Source: Eubacteriales bacterium
GTDB lineage: Bacteria > Bacillota > Clostridia > Oscillospirales > JAAYXM01
Direction: 5' to 3'
Assembly (NCBI GenBank): GCA_045649105.1
Contig: JAZRPG010000041.1
Span: 10,566 to 74,565, forward strand
DNA: 64,000 nt
Shown: piece after piece, positions 1 through 11,202 of the stretch
How positions within the stretch are numbered: position 1 is the first letter of the stretch
Layout of the letters: every line of letters begins with the position of its first letter
Notes under the pieces: generated by a model
Databases searched by the model: none
What the model was told of the DNA's origin: nothing
Seen by the model: the letters and a program-made list of their open reading frames with translations, nothing else
Position numbers and translations under genes: made by a program

Positions 1-1190
1 TTCTCAAACGCTATTTTGCAAGCGTTTAAAATCTCTTCCTCAGTGATGTTCTTATTTATTGCATCACGCAGGCGCTTGCTGCCCGCCTCGGGAGCAAAAG
101 TCAGACCGCTGCTTCGTACCTTCTGAATCCGGTGCATGAGCTCTACGGAAAAGTTGTCAGCGCGGAGTGACGGAAGCTGAAGACTTATATTCCTCGGCTC
201 GCACCAATCGAGCAATCCGTCTGCAAGCTCGGGAAGCTCTCTGTAATCACTTGTTGACAATGATGCAAGCGATATTTCCTCATATCCCGATGATATGCAC
301 ATTTCCTTACCATGCGCTATAAGTGTTTCGGCGCGCTTTGCACGGACAGGACGGTATGCATATCCCGCCTGGCAAAAACGGCATCCGCGAATACAGCCGC
401 GGAACACCTCAAGCGATACGCGGTCATGTACTATCTCTGTCGAGGGGACTATCACCTTTTTAGGAACATATACAGAATCAAAATCCTCAATAATTCGTTT
501 TGTTACAACCTTTGGAGCACCGTCGCGCGCATCCACTGAGCAGACAGTTCCATCGTCATTATAGCTGACATCATACAGTGAAGGAACATATATCCCGCCT
601 ATCTTTGCGGCTTTTTTTAAAAACTCAGTCTTAGAACCTTTGCTTTTCTTATGCTCCTTGTATAAATCAATAAGCTCCTGCATCTGCTCCTCGCCCTCAC
701 CTATGCAGAACAGGTCAATAAAATCAGCAAGAGGCTCAGGGTTATATGTGCACGGACCGCCTGCGATAACGAGCGGTTCCTCCTCTCCGCGTTCCTCACG
801 GCGAACAGTTATCCCGCCGAGTGACAGCATATTGAGTACCGCAGAAAAACTCATCTCATACTGAAGCGTGAACCCGACAATATCAAACTCACAGAGCGCA
901 TCACCGCTTTCAAGCGCGAACAACTTTACATCATTCTCCTTAAGCTGCTCCTCCATATCGGGCCATACGGCAAACGCGCGTTCGCACCATACATCCTCAC
1001 GCTCGTTAAGAAGACCGTAGAGTATCCGAAGCCCAAGGTGCGACATTCCTATTTCGTAAATATCCGGAAAGCAGAACGCAAAACGGACATCTACCGCATC
1101 TTTATCCTTTACAACGGCGTTATATTCACCGCCTGTATATCTTGCAGGCTTTTGTACAGATGCAAGAATCCTTTTCTTTTTAATATCCAT
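1..1190 (-). CDS. B12-binding-domain radical SAM protein (TIGR03960-like); N-terminal part only, C-terminus runs off the left edge
   Basis: Absent from the ORF track because there is no stop in the window. My own reverse-strand translation from ATG at 1188-1190 reads MDIKKKRILASVQKPARYTGGEYNAVV...FRGCIRGCRFCQAGYAYRP (CxxxCxxC radical SAM motif) and stays open to position 1. Confidence 0.8.
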   Translation of the reverse strand, partial: MDIKKKRILASVQKPARYTGGEYNAVVKDKDAVDVRFAFCFPDIYEIGMSHLGLRILYGLLNEREDVWCERAFAVWPDMEEQLKENDVKLFALESGDALCEFDIVGFTLQYEMSFSAVLNMLSLGGITVRREERGEEEPLVIAGGPCTYNPEPLADFIDLFCIGEGEEQMQELIDLYKEHKKSKGSKTEFLKKAAKIGGIYVPSLYDVSYNDDGTVCSVDARDGAPKVVTKRIIEDFDSVYVPKKVIVPSTEIVHDRVSLEVFRGCIRGCRFCQAGYAYRPVRAKRAETLIAHGKEMCISSGYEEISLASLSTSDYRELPELADGLLDWCEPRNISLQLPSLRADNFSVELMHRIQKVRSSGLTFAPEAGSKRLRDAINKNITEEEILNACKIAFE

Positions 1191-1262
1191 AATTATATGA
1201 TTCCTTTCGGAAAGTTGCTTAACATACGCTACATTGTAACACAAACCGCAAAAAAAGGCAAT

Positions 1263-1293
1263 AAAAAAGGGCCTTCTGACGAAGGCCTTTTTT
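1263..1293 (-). terminator. Rho-independent terminator downstream of the zinc-ribbon gene
   Basis: Hairpin AAAAAAGGGCCTTC-tgac-GAAGGCCTTTTTT, with A/T tracts on both sides. Confidence 0.75.
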
Positions 1294-1299
1294 AATCAA

Positions 1300-1584
1300 T
1301 TACTGATTGTCTTCCTGACGCATACGTGCAAAGCAATCGCTGCAGTAAACCGGACGGTCTGTCTTCGGCTCGAACGGAACCTTAGCTTCTCCGCCACATG
1401 ATGCGCATGTTGCTGTGAAGTACTCTCTCGGTCCACGGCTTGCCTGCTTGCGTGCATCGCGGCAGCTCTTGCAACGCTGCGGCTCGTTCATGAAGCCACG
1501 CTCTGCATAAAACTCCTGCTCACCTGCTGTGAACACGAACTCTGCTCCGCACTCTTTGCACTGTAATGTCTTGTCTTCGTACAT
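1300..1584 (-). CDS. Zinc-ribbon (double CxxC) domain protein
   Basis: ORF 1300..1644 trimmed to MYEDKTLQCKECG... (AGAGAGGG RBS upstream). Four CxxC pairs: CKEC, CKSC, CASC, CSDC. Confidence 0.7.
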   Translation of the reverse strand: MYEDKTLQCKECGAEFVFTAGEQEFYAERGFMNEPQRCKSCRDARKQASRGPREYFTATCASCGGEAKVPFEPKTDRPVYCSDCFARMRQEDNQ

Positions 1585-1701
1585 TTTGTTACCCTCTCTT
1601 TGACTTAAGACTTGCCCCAGGACGGACTTCCACCGACACCTCAACTGCGCTCTGAATGATTTAAGCTACTTGGGCATTTTTAATATATGCTACACAGGTA
1701 T

Positions 1702-2355
1702 TTACCTGATGTCGCCTCTACCGGAAATATAACATGCGAACTTGCGCCTGATACGCTGTACCGCATTGTCAACTGATTTTTGCGGTTTTGATACCCGCTC
1801 GGAAATTTCCGCATACGGCAGGCCTTCGAGATACAGGCCAAGAACTTCAAGTTCAAAGCCGGATAAAATCCCCTGCAAAGCCTTTGAAAGCTCGTTATAT
1901 GCCTCATGCCCGATTATCTGCTCAACCGGGTCAAGTGACATACTTGCTCCGAGTGCCGCTTCACCGCAACACTCACTTTCCGAATCGGAAATAATCGTTT
2001 CAAACGGGATATAGTTATTAAGCGGACTATGCTTACTTCCCGACGCGTTTTTAATCGCCGAGTATAGCCTGTTTTTAATGCATGTGAAGGCGAATGTCTT
2101 AAATGCCGCATGGCGACGAGGATCAAAGCCCGAAATCGCCTTTATGACACCTATCATTCCCTCCTGGATAAGGTCCTCCGAATCACCGCCTGCGAGAAAA
2201 TACGGCCGAGCAAGACTGCGAACATATTTCGTATACCTTGAAACCAGAGCCTCCTCCGCATCACGGTCACCCTCACGGCAGAGAATAACAAGCTCTTCAT
2301 CGCTCAATTTCTCAAACTTTTCCAAATTCGGAACCACCATCTGAAACAGTATCAA
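1702..2355 (-). CDS. sigH: Sigma-70 family sigma factor, SigH-like (sporulation/transition state)
   Basis: 217 aa. Motifs DLIQEGMIGVIKAI (region 2), KHSPLNNY and LEVLGLYLEGLPYAEISERVSKPQKSVDNAVQRIRRK (region 4) resemble Firmicute SigH. The start is uncertain (TTG 2355 or ATG 2340) and no clear RBS is present. Confidence 0.75.
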   Translation of the reverse strand: MILFQMVVPNLEKFEKLSDEELVILCREGDRDAEEALVSRYTKYVRSLARPYFLAGGDSEDLIQEGMIGVIKAISGFDPRRHAAFKTFAFTCIKNRLYSAIKNASGSKHSPLNNYIPFETIISDSESECCGEAALGASMSLDPVEQIIGHEAYNELSKALQGILSGFELEVLGLYLEGLPYAEISERVSKPQKSVDNAVQRIRRKFACYISGRGDIR

Positions 2356-2439
2356 TTATGAATTATAAACTACATTTTTTTAAATGTCAAGCTATATTTT
2401 TGCAATTTAATATAACTCTGAACCCATTTTAGACTTAAA

Positions 2440-3486
2440 TTACAACTCAAGCTGACCTTCAAACGGAATGTTTAAATGGTCATATGCTTTTTTTGTCGCA
2501 CAACGGCCTCGCGGCGTTCTGCTTAAAAAGCCGAGCTGAAGAAGATACGGTTCTACAACGTCCTCTATTGTAACGGCTTCCTCCCCTATGGTTGCCGCAA
2601 GTGTATCTAGCCCCACAGGACCGCCGCCGAAATTATATATTATGCTCTCCAGCATGCGTCTGTCAGTCGTATCAAGCCCGATTTTATCTATCTCAAGAAT
2701 ACGCAGAGCCATATCAGCCACTTCACTCGTAATTTCGCCATTTGCACGAACCTCTGCAAAATCCCTGACGCGCTTTAAAATTCTGTTCGCTATTCGCGGT
2801 GTTCCGCGACTGCGCTTTGCAATCTCCTCAGCACCCGAATCATCAATCCTTATCCCGACTATACCGGCACTGCGCTTTACTATTCTTGCAAGCTCCTCAT
2901 GCGTATACATTTCAAGCCGCATCATTACTCCGAATCTGTCACGCAAAGGCGATGTAAGCTGACCTGCCCGTGTTGTTGCACCTATAAGCGTAAATTTATG
3001 CAGGCCGAGGCGCACACTCCGTGCCGACGGACCTTTGCCGATTATTATATCAAGCGCGAAATCCTCCATCGCAGGATATAATATTTCCTCAATGCTTCGG
3101 TTTAACCTGTGTATTTCGTCAATAAAAAGTATGTCGTTTTCGTTAAGACTCGTGAGCAGAGCCGCAAGGTCACCGGTTTTTTCTATAGCAGGGCCTGATG
3201 TCGTCCGTATATTTACACCCATTTCATTTGCTATTATCGCAGCAAGAGTGGTCTTTCCAAGCCCCGGAGGGCCATAGAGCAAAACATGGTCAAGAGCCTC
3301 GCTTCTTCCACGTGCCGCCTCTATATATACAGACAGCTTATCCTTAACTTTTTCCTGACCGGTATATTCAGTAAGCGTTCTCGGGCGCAAGCTGTTTTCA
3401 TTATCGTCATGATTTGTAAGCATTGTGGAAACCATACGTCCGTCTTCTTCAATTTCCTCCATAGGGTTATTAAACTCTATACTCAC
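2440..3486 (-). CDS. ruvB: Holliday junction branch migration helicase RuvB
   Basis: 348 aa. Walker [10 protein letters not shown] and an AAA+ RuvB-type sequence, in a ruvA-ruvB arrangement. Confidence 0.97.
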   Translation of the reverse strand: MSIEFNNPMEEIEEDGRMVSTMLTNHDDNENSLRPRTLTEYTGQEKVKDKLSVYIEAARGRSEALDHVLLYGPPGLGKTTLAAIIANEMGVNIRTTSGPAIEKTGDLAALLTSLNENDILFIDEIHRLNRSIEEILYPAMEDFALDIIIGKGPSARSVRLGLHKFTLIGATTRAGQLTSPLRDRFGVMMRLEMYTHEELARIVKRSAGIVGIRIDDSGAEEIAKRSRGTPRIANRILKRVRDFAEVRANGEITSEVADMALRILEIDKIGLDTTDRRMLESIIYNFGGGPVGLDTLAATIGEEAVTIEDVVEPYLLQLGFLSRTPRGRCATKKAYDHLNIPFEGQLEL

Positions 3487-3499
3487 AGCCTACACCTCC

Positions 3500-4096
3500 T
3501 TATCTCATAAGCCTTGCAAGAGCAAGCTTCACAATATCCTCAACGCTCATTGTCGACGTGTCGACACCGCGCAGAGCAGAGTTTATCTCATCTCTTCCGT
3601 AGCCGAGTGCAGAAAGTGCCTCCGCCGCCTCACTCTCGCAACTCTGCGCTGTTCCTGCCGTCTCCTGTGCCGTTATAACTCCGCTATCCGTCATACCCTT
3701 TGCAAGCTTGTCCTTAAGCTCAAGTATTATTCGTCCGGCAAGCTTTTTCCCTACTCCGCTTGCAGCTAAAAGAGGTTTTTCATCTCCCGTTGCCACCGCA
3801 AGAGTAAGCGCGGATGGCGTCACCACAGACAGAATCGCAAGCGCGGCTTTCGGACCGACTCCTGATATTGATGTCAGAAGCTTAAAACACACAAGCTCGT
3901 CCTCATCACAAAAACCGTACAAATCCAAAATGTCCTCACGCACATGCAGATATGTATATAGCGTTGCAAGCTCTCCGACATTCAGCTTTGAACATGTAAC
4001 AAGAGATGTATTGCAGGCAAAGCCTACACCGCCGACATCCAAAACCACCATATTCGGTTCTATCATACCCACAGTTCCACGCAGATATTTAAACAT
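3500..4096 (-). CDS. ruvA: Holliday junction DNA-binding protein RuvA
   Basis: 198 aa. N-terminus MFKYLRGTV..., HhH region SISGVGPKAALAILS, immediately upstream of ruvB. Confidence 0.95.
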   Translation of the reverse strand: MFKYLRGTVGMIEPNMVVLDVGGVGFACNTSLVTCSKLNVGELATLYTYLHVREDILDLYGFCDEDELVCFKLLTSISGVGPKAALAILSVVTPSALTLAVATGDEKPLLAASGVGKKLAGRIILELKDKLAKGMTDSGVITAQETAGTAQSCESEAAEALSALGYGRDEINSALRGVDTSTMSVEDIVKLALARLMR

Positions 4097-4110
4097 CTCT
4101 ATACCTCACA

Positions 4111-4593
4111 TTATAATTTAATCAGAAGATTTCCCGAAGAGTTTGCATGGCATAGCGCTATTGCAAGCGCATCCGCAGCGTCGTCCGGCCGCGGAATCTT
4201 CTTAAGCCCCAGAAGGCGTTTTGTCATATCCATAACCTGGCATTTTTCCGCTCTACCGTATCCGACAACTGATATTTTTACCTGCAGAGGTGTGTACTCA
4301 TATATCTTTACACCGCATTTTATACATGCGAGGATTATTACTCCCCGCGCCTGACTCACATTTATCGCCGTTTTTTCATTTGTGTTAAAATACAGCTTCT
4401 CGATGGCGACATGGTCAGGTCTGAATGTACGCAAAAGCTCCGTCATATTATCATATATTTCGCAGAGGCGATTTTCTATGCTTATCCCCGCCTCCGTCCT
4501 TATCACACCGTACTGCAGAGTCTTCATATCCCTTGTGTCTATAAGACCGTACCCCACTATTGCATAACCCGGGTCAATTCCCAAAATAAGCAT
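4111..4593 (-). CDS. ruvC: Crossover junction endodeoxyribonuclease RuvC
   Basis: 160 aa. MLILGIDPGYAIVGYG... and a C-terminal DAADALAIALCH motif. Confidence 0.95.
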   Translation of the reverse strand: MLILGIDPGYAIVGYGLIDTRDMKTLQYGVIRTEAGISIENRLCEIYDNMTELLRTFRPDHVAIEKLYFNTNEKTAINVSQARGVIILACIKCGVKIYEYTPLQVKISVVGYGRAEKCQVMDMTKRLLGLKKIPRPDDAADALAIALCHANSSGNLLIKL

Positions 4594-6482
4594 CAGCGTC
4601 TGTTCCCCTTTTTCCGCCCATTGCCTGCGCGCTTTTTCTCAAAAGGCCTTGCGGCATAGTAGCTTTTTTCACGCTCGCTCTTTTTCTCGCGTTCAGGACG
4701 CACAAGGCACCTCTTTGCGTTGCCGATTAAATCCTCCCGGTGCGCCTTTTTAAGCGTCTCAATTACAACCGCTCTTAATTCCGGCTTGCGCCACTGAAGA
4801 AGGGCGCGCTGCATAGCCTTCTCCTGAGCCGTTTTCGGAACATATACGCTCTTCATGCTGACAGGATCAATCCCCGTATAATACATACAGGTCGATACCG
4901 TCCCCGGAGTCGGATAAAAATCCTGTACCTGCTCAGGCATGTGCCCGATACTGTTTAAATATTCCGCAAGCTTCACTGCATCCTCAAGCGTACAGCCAGG
5001 GTGTGATGAGATTAGGTACGGAACCAGATACTGCTCTTTTCCGCATGCAGCACACAAATCAAAATACTTTTTATAAAACCGACGGTACGTATCAAAACTT
5101 GGTTTCCCCATAAGCCTCAATACATTATCACACGAATGCTCAGGTGCAACCTTGAGCTGTCCGCTGACATGGTATTTCACAAGCTCTCTGAAAAACTCAT
5201 CAGACTTATCCGCAAGCACATAGTCAAATCTTATTCCCGAGCGTATAAATACACGCTTTATCTTAGGCAATGCACGCAGTTTTCTCAAAAGCGAAAGATA
5301 ATCGCTATGGTCTGCATCAAGATTTTTACACGGGCGAGGAGCAAGGCATCCGCCTTTACACATACCGCGCTCAAGCTGCTCTTTACATGATGTATGACGG
5401 AAATTCGCCGTCGGCCCGCCCACATCATGGATATATCCCTTAAAATCGGGAAGCTCAGCAAGCGCTTTAGCCTCATTTATAACAGACTCGTGGCTCCTTA
5501 CGCTTATCATGCGCCCCTGGTGAAATGCAAGCGAACAAAAGTTACACCCGCCAAAACAGCCGCGGTTGTGTATTATTGAAAACTTCACTTCTTCTATTGC
5601 CTTAACTCCGCCGAGCGCCTCATAAGACGGATGATAATTCCGCATATACGGAAGCTCGTACACATGGTCAAACCTCTCTGTTGTTATCGGCGGCTGCGGA
5701 GGCGTCTGGACTATATACTCCGCACCGTGCTTCTGGGCAAGTGCACGGCCGCGCACCGCGTCCTGCTCCTCCTGCTGGACTTTTGCTGCGAGTGCGTATT
5801 TTCTCTTATCCGACGAGACCTCTTCATATGACGGAACCTCTAAATACGGGTATATACAGTCATCAAGCGTTTTTGACCTGTAAACAGTGCCTTTTATGTT
5901 TCTGATTTGTGATATGTCCGCTCCGCCTGCCAACGAATCTGCAAGCTGTACAACCGTATCCTCGCCCATACCGTACATCAAAAGGTCGGCACCCGAGTCG
6001 AGCAATACAGAGCGTTTAACCTCATCATCCCAATAATCATAGTGTGCAAATCGGCGGAGCGATGCTTCAAGCCCGCCTATTGCAACAGGCAAGTCAGGAA
6101 AAGCTTCTTTAATCCGCTTTGCATATACCGTCACCGCCCTGTCGGGACGCTTTCCCAAAACGCCGCCCGGTGTATAGCTGTCACAGCGGCGACGGCGCTT
6201 TGCAGATGTATAATGTGCGACCATCGAATCTATATTTCCTGCGGTGACAAGTGCGGCAAGACGCGGTTTTCCAAGCTTCCGAAAAGCATCCGCGCTTTTC
6301 CAGTCAGGCTGGGAAAGAACTGCAACGCGATATCCCTCATCCTCAAGCACACGCGTTATGACAGCAAAGCCAAAACTCGGATGATCCACATATGCATCCC
6401 CCGTCACGCACAGAAAATCATAGTAGTCCCACCCGCGCTTTTCCATATCCGCTTTTGTCATAGGTAGAAAATCTTTTTGCAT
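4593..6482 (-). CDS. ygiQ: YgiQ family radical SAM protein (UPF0313)
   Basis: 629 aa. N-terminus LPMTKADMEKRGWDYYDFLCVTGDAYVDHPSFG, a CFGGCNFC cluster motif and a basic C-terminal tail. Confidence 0.9.
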   Translation of the reverse strand: MQKDFLPMTKADMEKRGWDYYDFLCVTGDAYVDHPSFGFAVITRVLEDEGYRVAVLSQPDWKSADAFRKLGKPRLAALVTAGNIDSMVAHYTSAKRRRRCDSYTPGGVLGKRPDRAVTVYAKRIKEAFPDLPVAIGGLEASLRRFAHYDYWDDEVKRSVLLDSGADLLMYGMGEDTVVQLADSLAGGADISQIRNIKGTVYRSKTLDDCIYPYLEVPSYEEVSSDKRKYALAAKVQQEEQDAVRGRALAQKHGAEYIVQTPPQPPITTERFDHVYELPYMRNYHPSYEALGGVKAIEEVKFSIIHNRGCFGGCNFCSLAFHQGRMISVRSHESVINEAKALAELPDFKGYIHDVGGPTANFRHTSCKEQLERGMCKGGCLAPRPCKNLDADHSDYLSLLRKLRALPKIKRVFIRSGIRFDYVLADKSDEFFRELVKYHVSGQLKVAPEHSCDNVLRLMGKPSFDTYRRFYKKYFDLCAACGKEQYLVPYLISSHPGCTLEDAVKLAEYLNSIGHMPEQVQDFYPTPGTVSTCMYYTGIDPVSMKSVYVPKTAQEKAMQRALLQWRKPELRAVVIETLKKAHREDLIGNAKRCLVRPEREKKSEREKSYYAARPFEKKRAGNGRKKGNRR

Positions 6483-6492
6483 ATCTGTAATT

Positions 6493-8898
6493 CTACAAGT
6501 CCTCTCTGCGCATCTTTATTTCCTGCCACTGTTCACGCGTTATAAGAATCTTTCTTGGCTTTGAGCCTTCAAATTCTCCTACGATTCCGCGTTCCTCCAT
6601 CTGGTCAATAATCCGTGCAGCACGCGAGTATCCGAGCTTTAATCTTCTCTGAAGCATTGATGTCGATGCCTGTCCCGATTCGAGAACCACATCCACTGCG
6701 GCATCGAGCATTTCGTCGGCATCGCTGTCTCCGACCTCTGCGCCTGCCGCCATGCCCTCACTCTTCTCTACATGCTTCTCTATCTGCTCCATTATCTCCT
6801 CGGAGTATTCTGCCGTACTGCTCTTCTTGACATGATTTACGACTGCCTCAACCTCATCAGAAGAAATGAAGCAACCCTGAACGCGTGTAGGCTTCGCTAC
6901 CCCCATCGGCTCGTACAGCATGTCCCCCCTGCCTATAAGCTTCTCGGCACCCATACTTCCGAGTATTATGTTTGACTCAATTTTGGATGCGACGGCAAAT
7001 GCAATTCTTGACGGTATGTTTGATTTTATAACACCCGTAATAACATCAACCGACGGACGCTGGGTGGCTATTATAAGGTGCATACCCGCAGCACGCGCCA
7101 TTTGGCTCAGGCGCATTATGGAGTCCTCAACATCCTTACGGGCAACCACCATAAGATCGGAAAGCTCGTCTATAACTATAACAATCTGCGGAAGAGGCTC
7201 CGCATCACCTGTTCGCGCGACCGCCTTGTTATATGATTTCATATCACGCACATTGCGCTCTGAAAACAGCTTATATCTCCGCATCATCTCCACAACGCCC
7301 CATTGGAGCGCGCCGGCGGCCTTTTTCGGGTCCGTAACGACAGGGACAAGAAGATGCGGTATTCCGTTATACACACCAAGCTCAACCATCTTCGGGTCAA
7401 TCATTATAAGCCTGACCTGCTCAGGTGTCGCCTTATACAAAATACTTACTATAATCGAGTTTATGCATACAGACTTTCCCGAACCTGTTGTACCTGCGAT
7501 AAGCATATGCGGAAGCTTTGATATATCACACACCATGCAATTTCCCGATATATCTTTGCCGAGTGCGAATGCAACATTGCTTTCGTTCTTTGTAAACTCA
7601 TCTGATGTGATTACCTCAGATATATTTACTACCTGTACAGACTTGTTAGGAACCTCAATTCCTATAAGTGATTTGTTCGGTATCGGCGCAATGAAAACTC
7701 CGCTTGCGCCGAGAGCAAGCGCTATATCATCAGAAAGCGCTGTAAGTTTTGAAAGCTTTACACCTGCATCAAGCTGAATCTCGTATCGGGTAACTGACGG
7801 ACCGCGCACTATATTGACAACGCGGGTATCGATGCCGAAGCTCTTTATCGTTTCGCCGAGCTTTATTCCGACGGTTTTAAGCTCATCTGAAGATGACGAC
7901 TTAGACTCTGCTTTAGGTGCGTTCAGAAGCGACATGGGCGGATATGCATACATGGTTTTATTCTCAAGCTCTTTTTCATCAGGAATTACAAAGCCCTCAC
8001 CGGGAGCAGGCTCTTTTTCACTTTCGTTTCCGTTTTCGCTCTCCTCTATTGCGCGGAGCAAATCTTCACTGAAATTGTCCTCATTTATATGAACAACCTC
8101 TTCAGGTGCCAATACTTCAGCAGGTGTTTTTACAGAAGTTGCCGCAAGACGGAAGCCCTTTTTCTCATTTTCTTCAGGCTCTTCCTCTTTTATATCATCA
8201 AGAGGAATGTCTATAACGGGGCGACGCCTTTTCGGAAGCTTAATCTCAGGGGCCTTTTGGAGCTCTTCCTCCTCGTAATACTCTTCTTCGTATTCCACTT
8301 CATGACGCATACCTGCAAAAAATGCGCGCAGGGCATCATAAGCGTTTATAACTGTTAAATTGAACGCGTTGAGAACGACAAAAACAGTAAACATAATGAA
8401 CAAAATCGTCGTTGCTATTCTGCTTATGCCCTGTATAAGAAGCGCAACAGGATACCCGGCGAGAATACCGCCGCCACGAAGCGTTTCTCCCGACATAACA
8501 ATTGCGTCAAACGAAAGCTCGTCCGTTCCGACAAGCGCATGCGACAGGGCTCCTATAGCATATGGGATAAGGAGCGCGCATATAACACGCCACTTAATGG
8601 GCCGGCCTCTGCTTATTATAAGAAGTCCTCCTGCAAGCAGGAAAGAAAACGGCATTGCAAAGAAGCCGGTGCCTATCGTCCAACAGGACACCTCTCCGAT
8701 AAATTCAACAAAAACCGCATCAACACGGAACATTGCAAGAAATATGAGCAGGGCCAGGAAAAACATCAAGAAGGCCCAGCGCTGATTTATCTGTGCTCGC
8801 CTTTTCTGTGTTATGCGCTTTATCTCACTGCTGCTTTTTTTTCTTGGAGCAGTAGCCCTTTTTGCTGCTGTTACGCGTTTTTTCTTTTTTTGTGCCAT
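6493..8898 (-). CDS. ftsK: DNA translocase FtsK/SpoIIIE
   Basis: Walker [10 protein letters not shown]-terminal TM segments, C-terminal gamma domain [22 protein letters not shown]. The track ORF (to 9048) is trimmed to MAQKKKKR at 8898, which has a GAGGTG RBS. Confidence 0.93.
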   Translation of the reverse strand: MAQKKKKRVTAAKRATAPRKKSSSEIKRITQKRRAQINQRWAFLMFFLALLIFLAMFRVDAVFVEFIGEVSCWTIGTGFFAMPFSFLLAGGLLIISRGRPIKWRVICALLIPYAIGALSHALVGTDELSFDAIVMSGETLRGGGILAGYPVALLIQGISRIATTILFIMFTVFVVLNAFNLTVINAYDALRAFFAGMRHEVEYEEEYYEEEELQKAPEIKLPKRRRPVIDIPLDDIKEEEPEENEKKGFRLAATSVKTPAEVLAPEEVVHINEDNFSEDLLRAIEESENGNESEKEPAPGEGFVIPDEKELENKTMYAYPPMSLLNAPKAESKSSSSDELKTVGIKLGETIKSFGIDTRVVNIVRGPSVTRYEIQLDAGVKLSKLTALSDDIALALGASGVFIAPIPNKSLIGIEVPNKSVQVVNISEVITSDEFTKNESNVAFALGKDISGNCMVCDISKLPHMLIAGTTGSGKSVCINSIIVSILYKATPEQVRLIMIDPKMVELGVYNGIPHLLVPVVTDPKKAAGALQWGVVEMMRRYKLFSERNVRDMKSYNKAVARTGDAEPLPQIVIVIDELSDLMVVARKDVEDSIMRLSQMARAAGMHLIIATQRPSVDVITGVIKSNIPSRIAFAVASKIESNIILGSMGAEKLIGRGDMLYEPMGVAKPTRVQGCFISSDEVEAVVNHVKKSSTAEYSEEIMEQIEKHVEKSEGMAAGAEVGDSDADEMLDAAVDVVLESGQASTSMLQRRLKLGYSRAARIIDQMEERGIVGEFEGSKPRKILITREQWQEIKMRREDL

Positions 8899-8983
8899 AG
8901 TACTTAACACCTCAAAAAAAATATGTACCAACTTAATTATACAGTATATCACAAACTGCAGAGAATTTCCAGTTTTTAATTGC

Positions 8984-9022
8984 AAAAAAACAGCTCTTTT
9001 AATTGAAAAAGAGCTGTTTTTT
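8984..9022 (-). terminator. Terminator downstream of the M20 amidohydrolase gene
   Basis: 10-bp stem CAGCTCTTTT/AAAAGAGCTG flanked by A7 and T6 tracts. Confidence 0.75.
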
Positions 9023-9079
9023 AATTTGCCTGTGTTTTTATAATCCAAAAACAGTAAATAAAGCGCCTGTATGTTTTAA

Positions 9080-10411
9080 TTAATCTGCTTTTACCTTTGC
9101 AAAGCCATCATTGTATTCTATTCTGTCGCCTGAGGAGTTTATACTGTCGACATATGCAAAATACTCTTCCTTCGAGTCAAATTGCGGCTCAAATGCCGCT
9201 ATAATCTCATTTGCGCGTTTTGCATTATTCTGAAGCAGAATCAAAAGCATTGCAAGCTGCAGCTTTGCAGACTTGACACAGGCTCTTTCAGGATCTTCTA
9301 TATAATAGCTGTCGCCGTGCTGTATACCTGTTTCACCGCCGGCATAAGGATGCACGACCGGCATAAGGCCGCAAAGCTCACCCATATCCGTACTTCCCGA
9401 GAGCGTAGTATGATCGATAAAGAACTTTTCCTCAGGGATTATGGCATCTGCCGCTTCTTTTGCAAGCTCCACCATATCCTGACAGTTTATAAGCGGTGCA
9501 TATCCCGGAGTGTCAATTATCTCGATATTCGTATCCATTGAAAGAGCCGCACCGCAAAGCGCCCTGTTAATCTTCCTGTTTGCATTTTTTATCGCTTCAA
9601 ATGTTTTGCCGCGCACAAAGCTCTCCAGCGTTACGAGCTCAGGGATAGCACTCGGAACCTCGCCGCCGTGAGTTATAATCGGGTGGAACCTTATGATATC
9701 CTTTTCGGCAAATGTCTCCCTTATTGCATTTGCCGCTGACATACCCTGTGTCGCAGCGTATATTGCATTCTTCCCTTCCCACGGAGCTATGCCCGCATGA
9801 GCCGATACGCCCTTATAATGCGCAGTCTTTGCGATACAACCGACCGAACCGTCATTTGCATAGAAATCCTTTGCGGTATGGACCATGAATGCCATATCCA
9901 CGCCATCAAAATAGCCGCGGTATAAAAACTCACTCTTTCCGCCAAAGTATTTTATTACCCCCTTGCTTCTAAGCTCCGTACGGAAGGCTATTTCAATTAA
10001 CTCCTCCGCAGGAACTGCGCAAAGACGAATCTTTCCGCAAAGCTTATCGCATATCTGTGGCTCCTTAAGCGCCGCCGCAACTCCCAGAAGCGCTGCGCAC
10101 TGTGCATGGTGACCGCAAGCATGAACGCAGCCTGTTTCAGGGTCTGCATCCTTATGATTCGGGCAAATCAAAGAGTCAAGCTCACCCAATATAAGTATCT
10201 GAGGCCCGGGACGACCGGTATCCAAAACCGTGTAAAAACCCGGAATATCTCCGGCACAGACCACATCATAGCCAAGCTCTTCAAACTTTTCCTTCATATA
10301 TTTTGAAGTTTTAACTTCTTTATAACCGGACTCGGGATTTTTCCAGATATATTGCTCTGCATCCAATATCAAATTACGGTGCTTTTCAACCGCACTTGCT
10401 ATATCCTTCAT
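9080..10411 (-). CDS. M20 family amidohydrolase/metallopeptidase
   Basis: 443 aa. HACGHHAQ metal-binding motif and M20D-type architecture. Confidence 0.8.
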   Translation of the reverse strand: MKDIASAVEKHRNLILDAEQYIWKNPESGYKEVKTSKYMKEKFEELGYDVVCAGDIPGFYTVLDTGRPGPQILILGELDSLICPNHKDADPETGCVHACGHHAQCAALLGVAAALKEPQICDKLCGKIRLCAVPAEELIEIAFRTELRSKGVIKYFGGKSEFLYRGYFDGVDMAFMVHTAKDFYANDGSVGCIAKTAHYKGVSAHAGIAPWEGKNAIYAATQGMSAANAIRETFAEKDIIRFHPIITHGGEVPSAIPELVTLESFVRGKTFEAIKNANRKINRALCGAALSMDTNIEIIDTPGYAPLINCQDMVELAKEAADAIIPEEKFFIDHTTLSGSTDMGELCGLMPVVHPYAGGETGIQHGDSYYIEDPERACVKSAKLQLAMLLILLQNNAKRANEIIAAFEPQFDSKEEYFAYVDSINSSGDRIEYNDGFAKVKAD

Positions 10412-10444
10412 TTTGCGTACTCCTTAGTTTCTTAAAATCTGCAA

Positions 10445-10867
10445 CTACCTGCGTCCCCGCCTCGAATTTCCCTGACGCCTGTCGGAATACTGCTTGAGGC
10501 TGGATATTTTGCTGTCACTGTCCTGCATAAACTGTCTGAGTTTGTCCTCAAAGCTGAGCTCTGCAGGTTCACGCTGCGCAGGTTTCTTTTGCGCATAGCC
10601 GCCCTGTCCTGCTGACGGTGCAGCCGACGGGCGCGGTAAAGCCTTGCGTATAGACAGGCTTATCCTGCCATTTTCGTCTATACCGATTATCTTCACCTTT
10701 ACATCCTGTCCGCTTTGCAGGTGGTCATTTATGTCATTGACATATGAATGGGATACTTCCGAAATATGTACCATTCCGCTTTTTCCCTCTCCCAGCTCTA
10801 CAAATGCGCCGTATTTAGTTATTGATGTGACCTTTCCGCTGCAAATTGTTCCTACCTCGAGTGCCAT
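10445..10867 (-). CDS. yabR: S1 RNA-binding domain protein (YabR-like)
   Basis: 140 aa. S1 fold GTICSGKVTSITKYGAFVELGEGKSGMVHISE. Sits after divIC, as in the B. subtilis yab cluster. Confidence 0.85.
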   Translation of the reverse strand: MALEVGTICSGKVTSITKYGAFVELGEGKSGMVHISEVSHSYVNDINDHLQSGQDVKVKIIGIDENGRISLSIRKALPRPSAAPSAGQGGYAQKKPAQREPAELSFEDKLRQFMQDSDSKISSLKQYSDRRQGNSRRGRR

Positions 10868-10906
10868 GCTCTCTCCTGCGCCCTCCTTTGTATTTTTGAT
10901 GTTTCT

Positions 10907-11197
10907 TCAGCTTCCTGAAACATCCACGAAAACGCGCTCATTCGGAGCCGCGTATCCTTGCTTTTGAGCTTCTTCTGTCATATATTCATCATCAATCTCG
11001 TCACTCAGCGCCTGCTCAAGCTGCGCTTTCTTCATCGATTCTGTGGCAATAAGCTCATCAAGCTTACGGGTATCGCTCTCCGTGTTATTAACCTTTATTT
11101 GTATTGATATGAGCGTAATGGCTGTATACACAACAAAAGCCGCAAGAATGAGCCTCGGAAATATTCCTTTTTTCTTCTTTTTTCTTCTCGCTGCCAT
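10907..11197 (-). CDS. divIC: Septum formation initiator (DivIC/FtsB family)
   Basis: 96 aa. Basic N-terminus, a single TM helix and a coiled coil. Synteny yabQ-divIC-yabR. Confidence 0.8.
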   Translation of the reverse strand: MAARRKKKKKGIFPRLILAAFVVYTAITLISIQIKVNNTESDTRKLDELIATESMKKAQLEQALSDEIDDEYMTEEAQKQGYAAPNERVFVDVSGS

Positions 11198-11202
11198 TCG
11201 CC

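Noticed and set aside
6920-7777. Long plus-strand ORFs antisense to large minus-strand genes (6920..7777; also 20876..21820, 21724..22437, 59923..60702, 18620..19165)
   Set aside because: They lie fully inside well-supported genes (ftsK, relA, gnd/HAD, hemZ). They have Ser/Pro/Arg-rich low-complexity translations, no RBS and no recognisable domains. These are typical shadow ORFs.
8899-9048. N-terminal extensions proposed by the ORF track (ftsK 8899-9048; purA 27479-27553; nrdJ 28992-29015; tyrA 40593-40667; pheA 44805-44864; aroE/K 46094-46123; HAD 61015-61077; zinc-ribbon 1585-1644)
   Set aside because: In each case an internal Met is preceded by a well-spaced Shine-Dalgarno sequence and begins the conserved family N-terminus. 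The extensions are non-conserved and overlap promoters or upstream genes.
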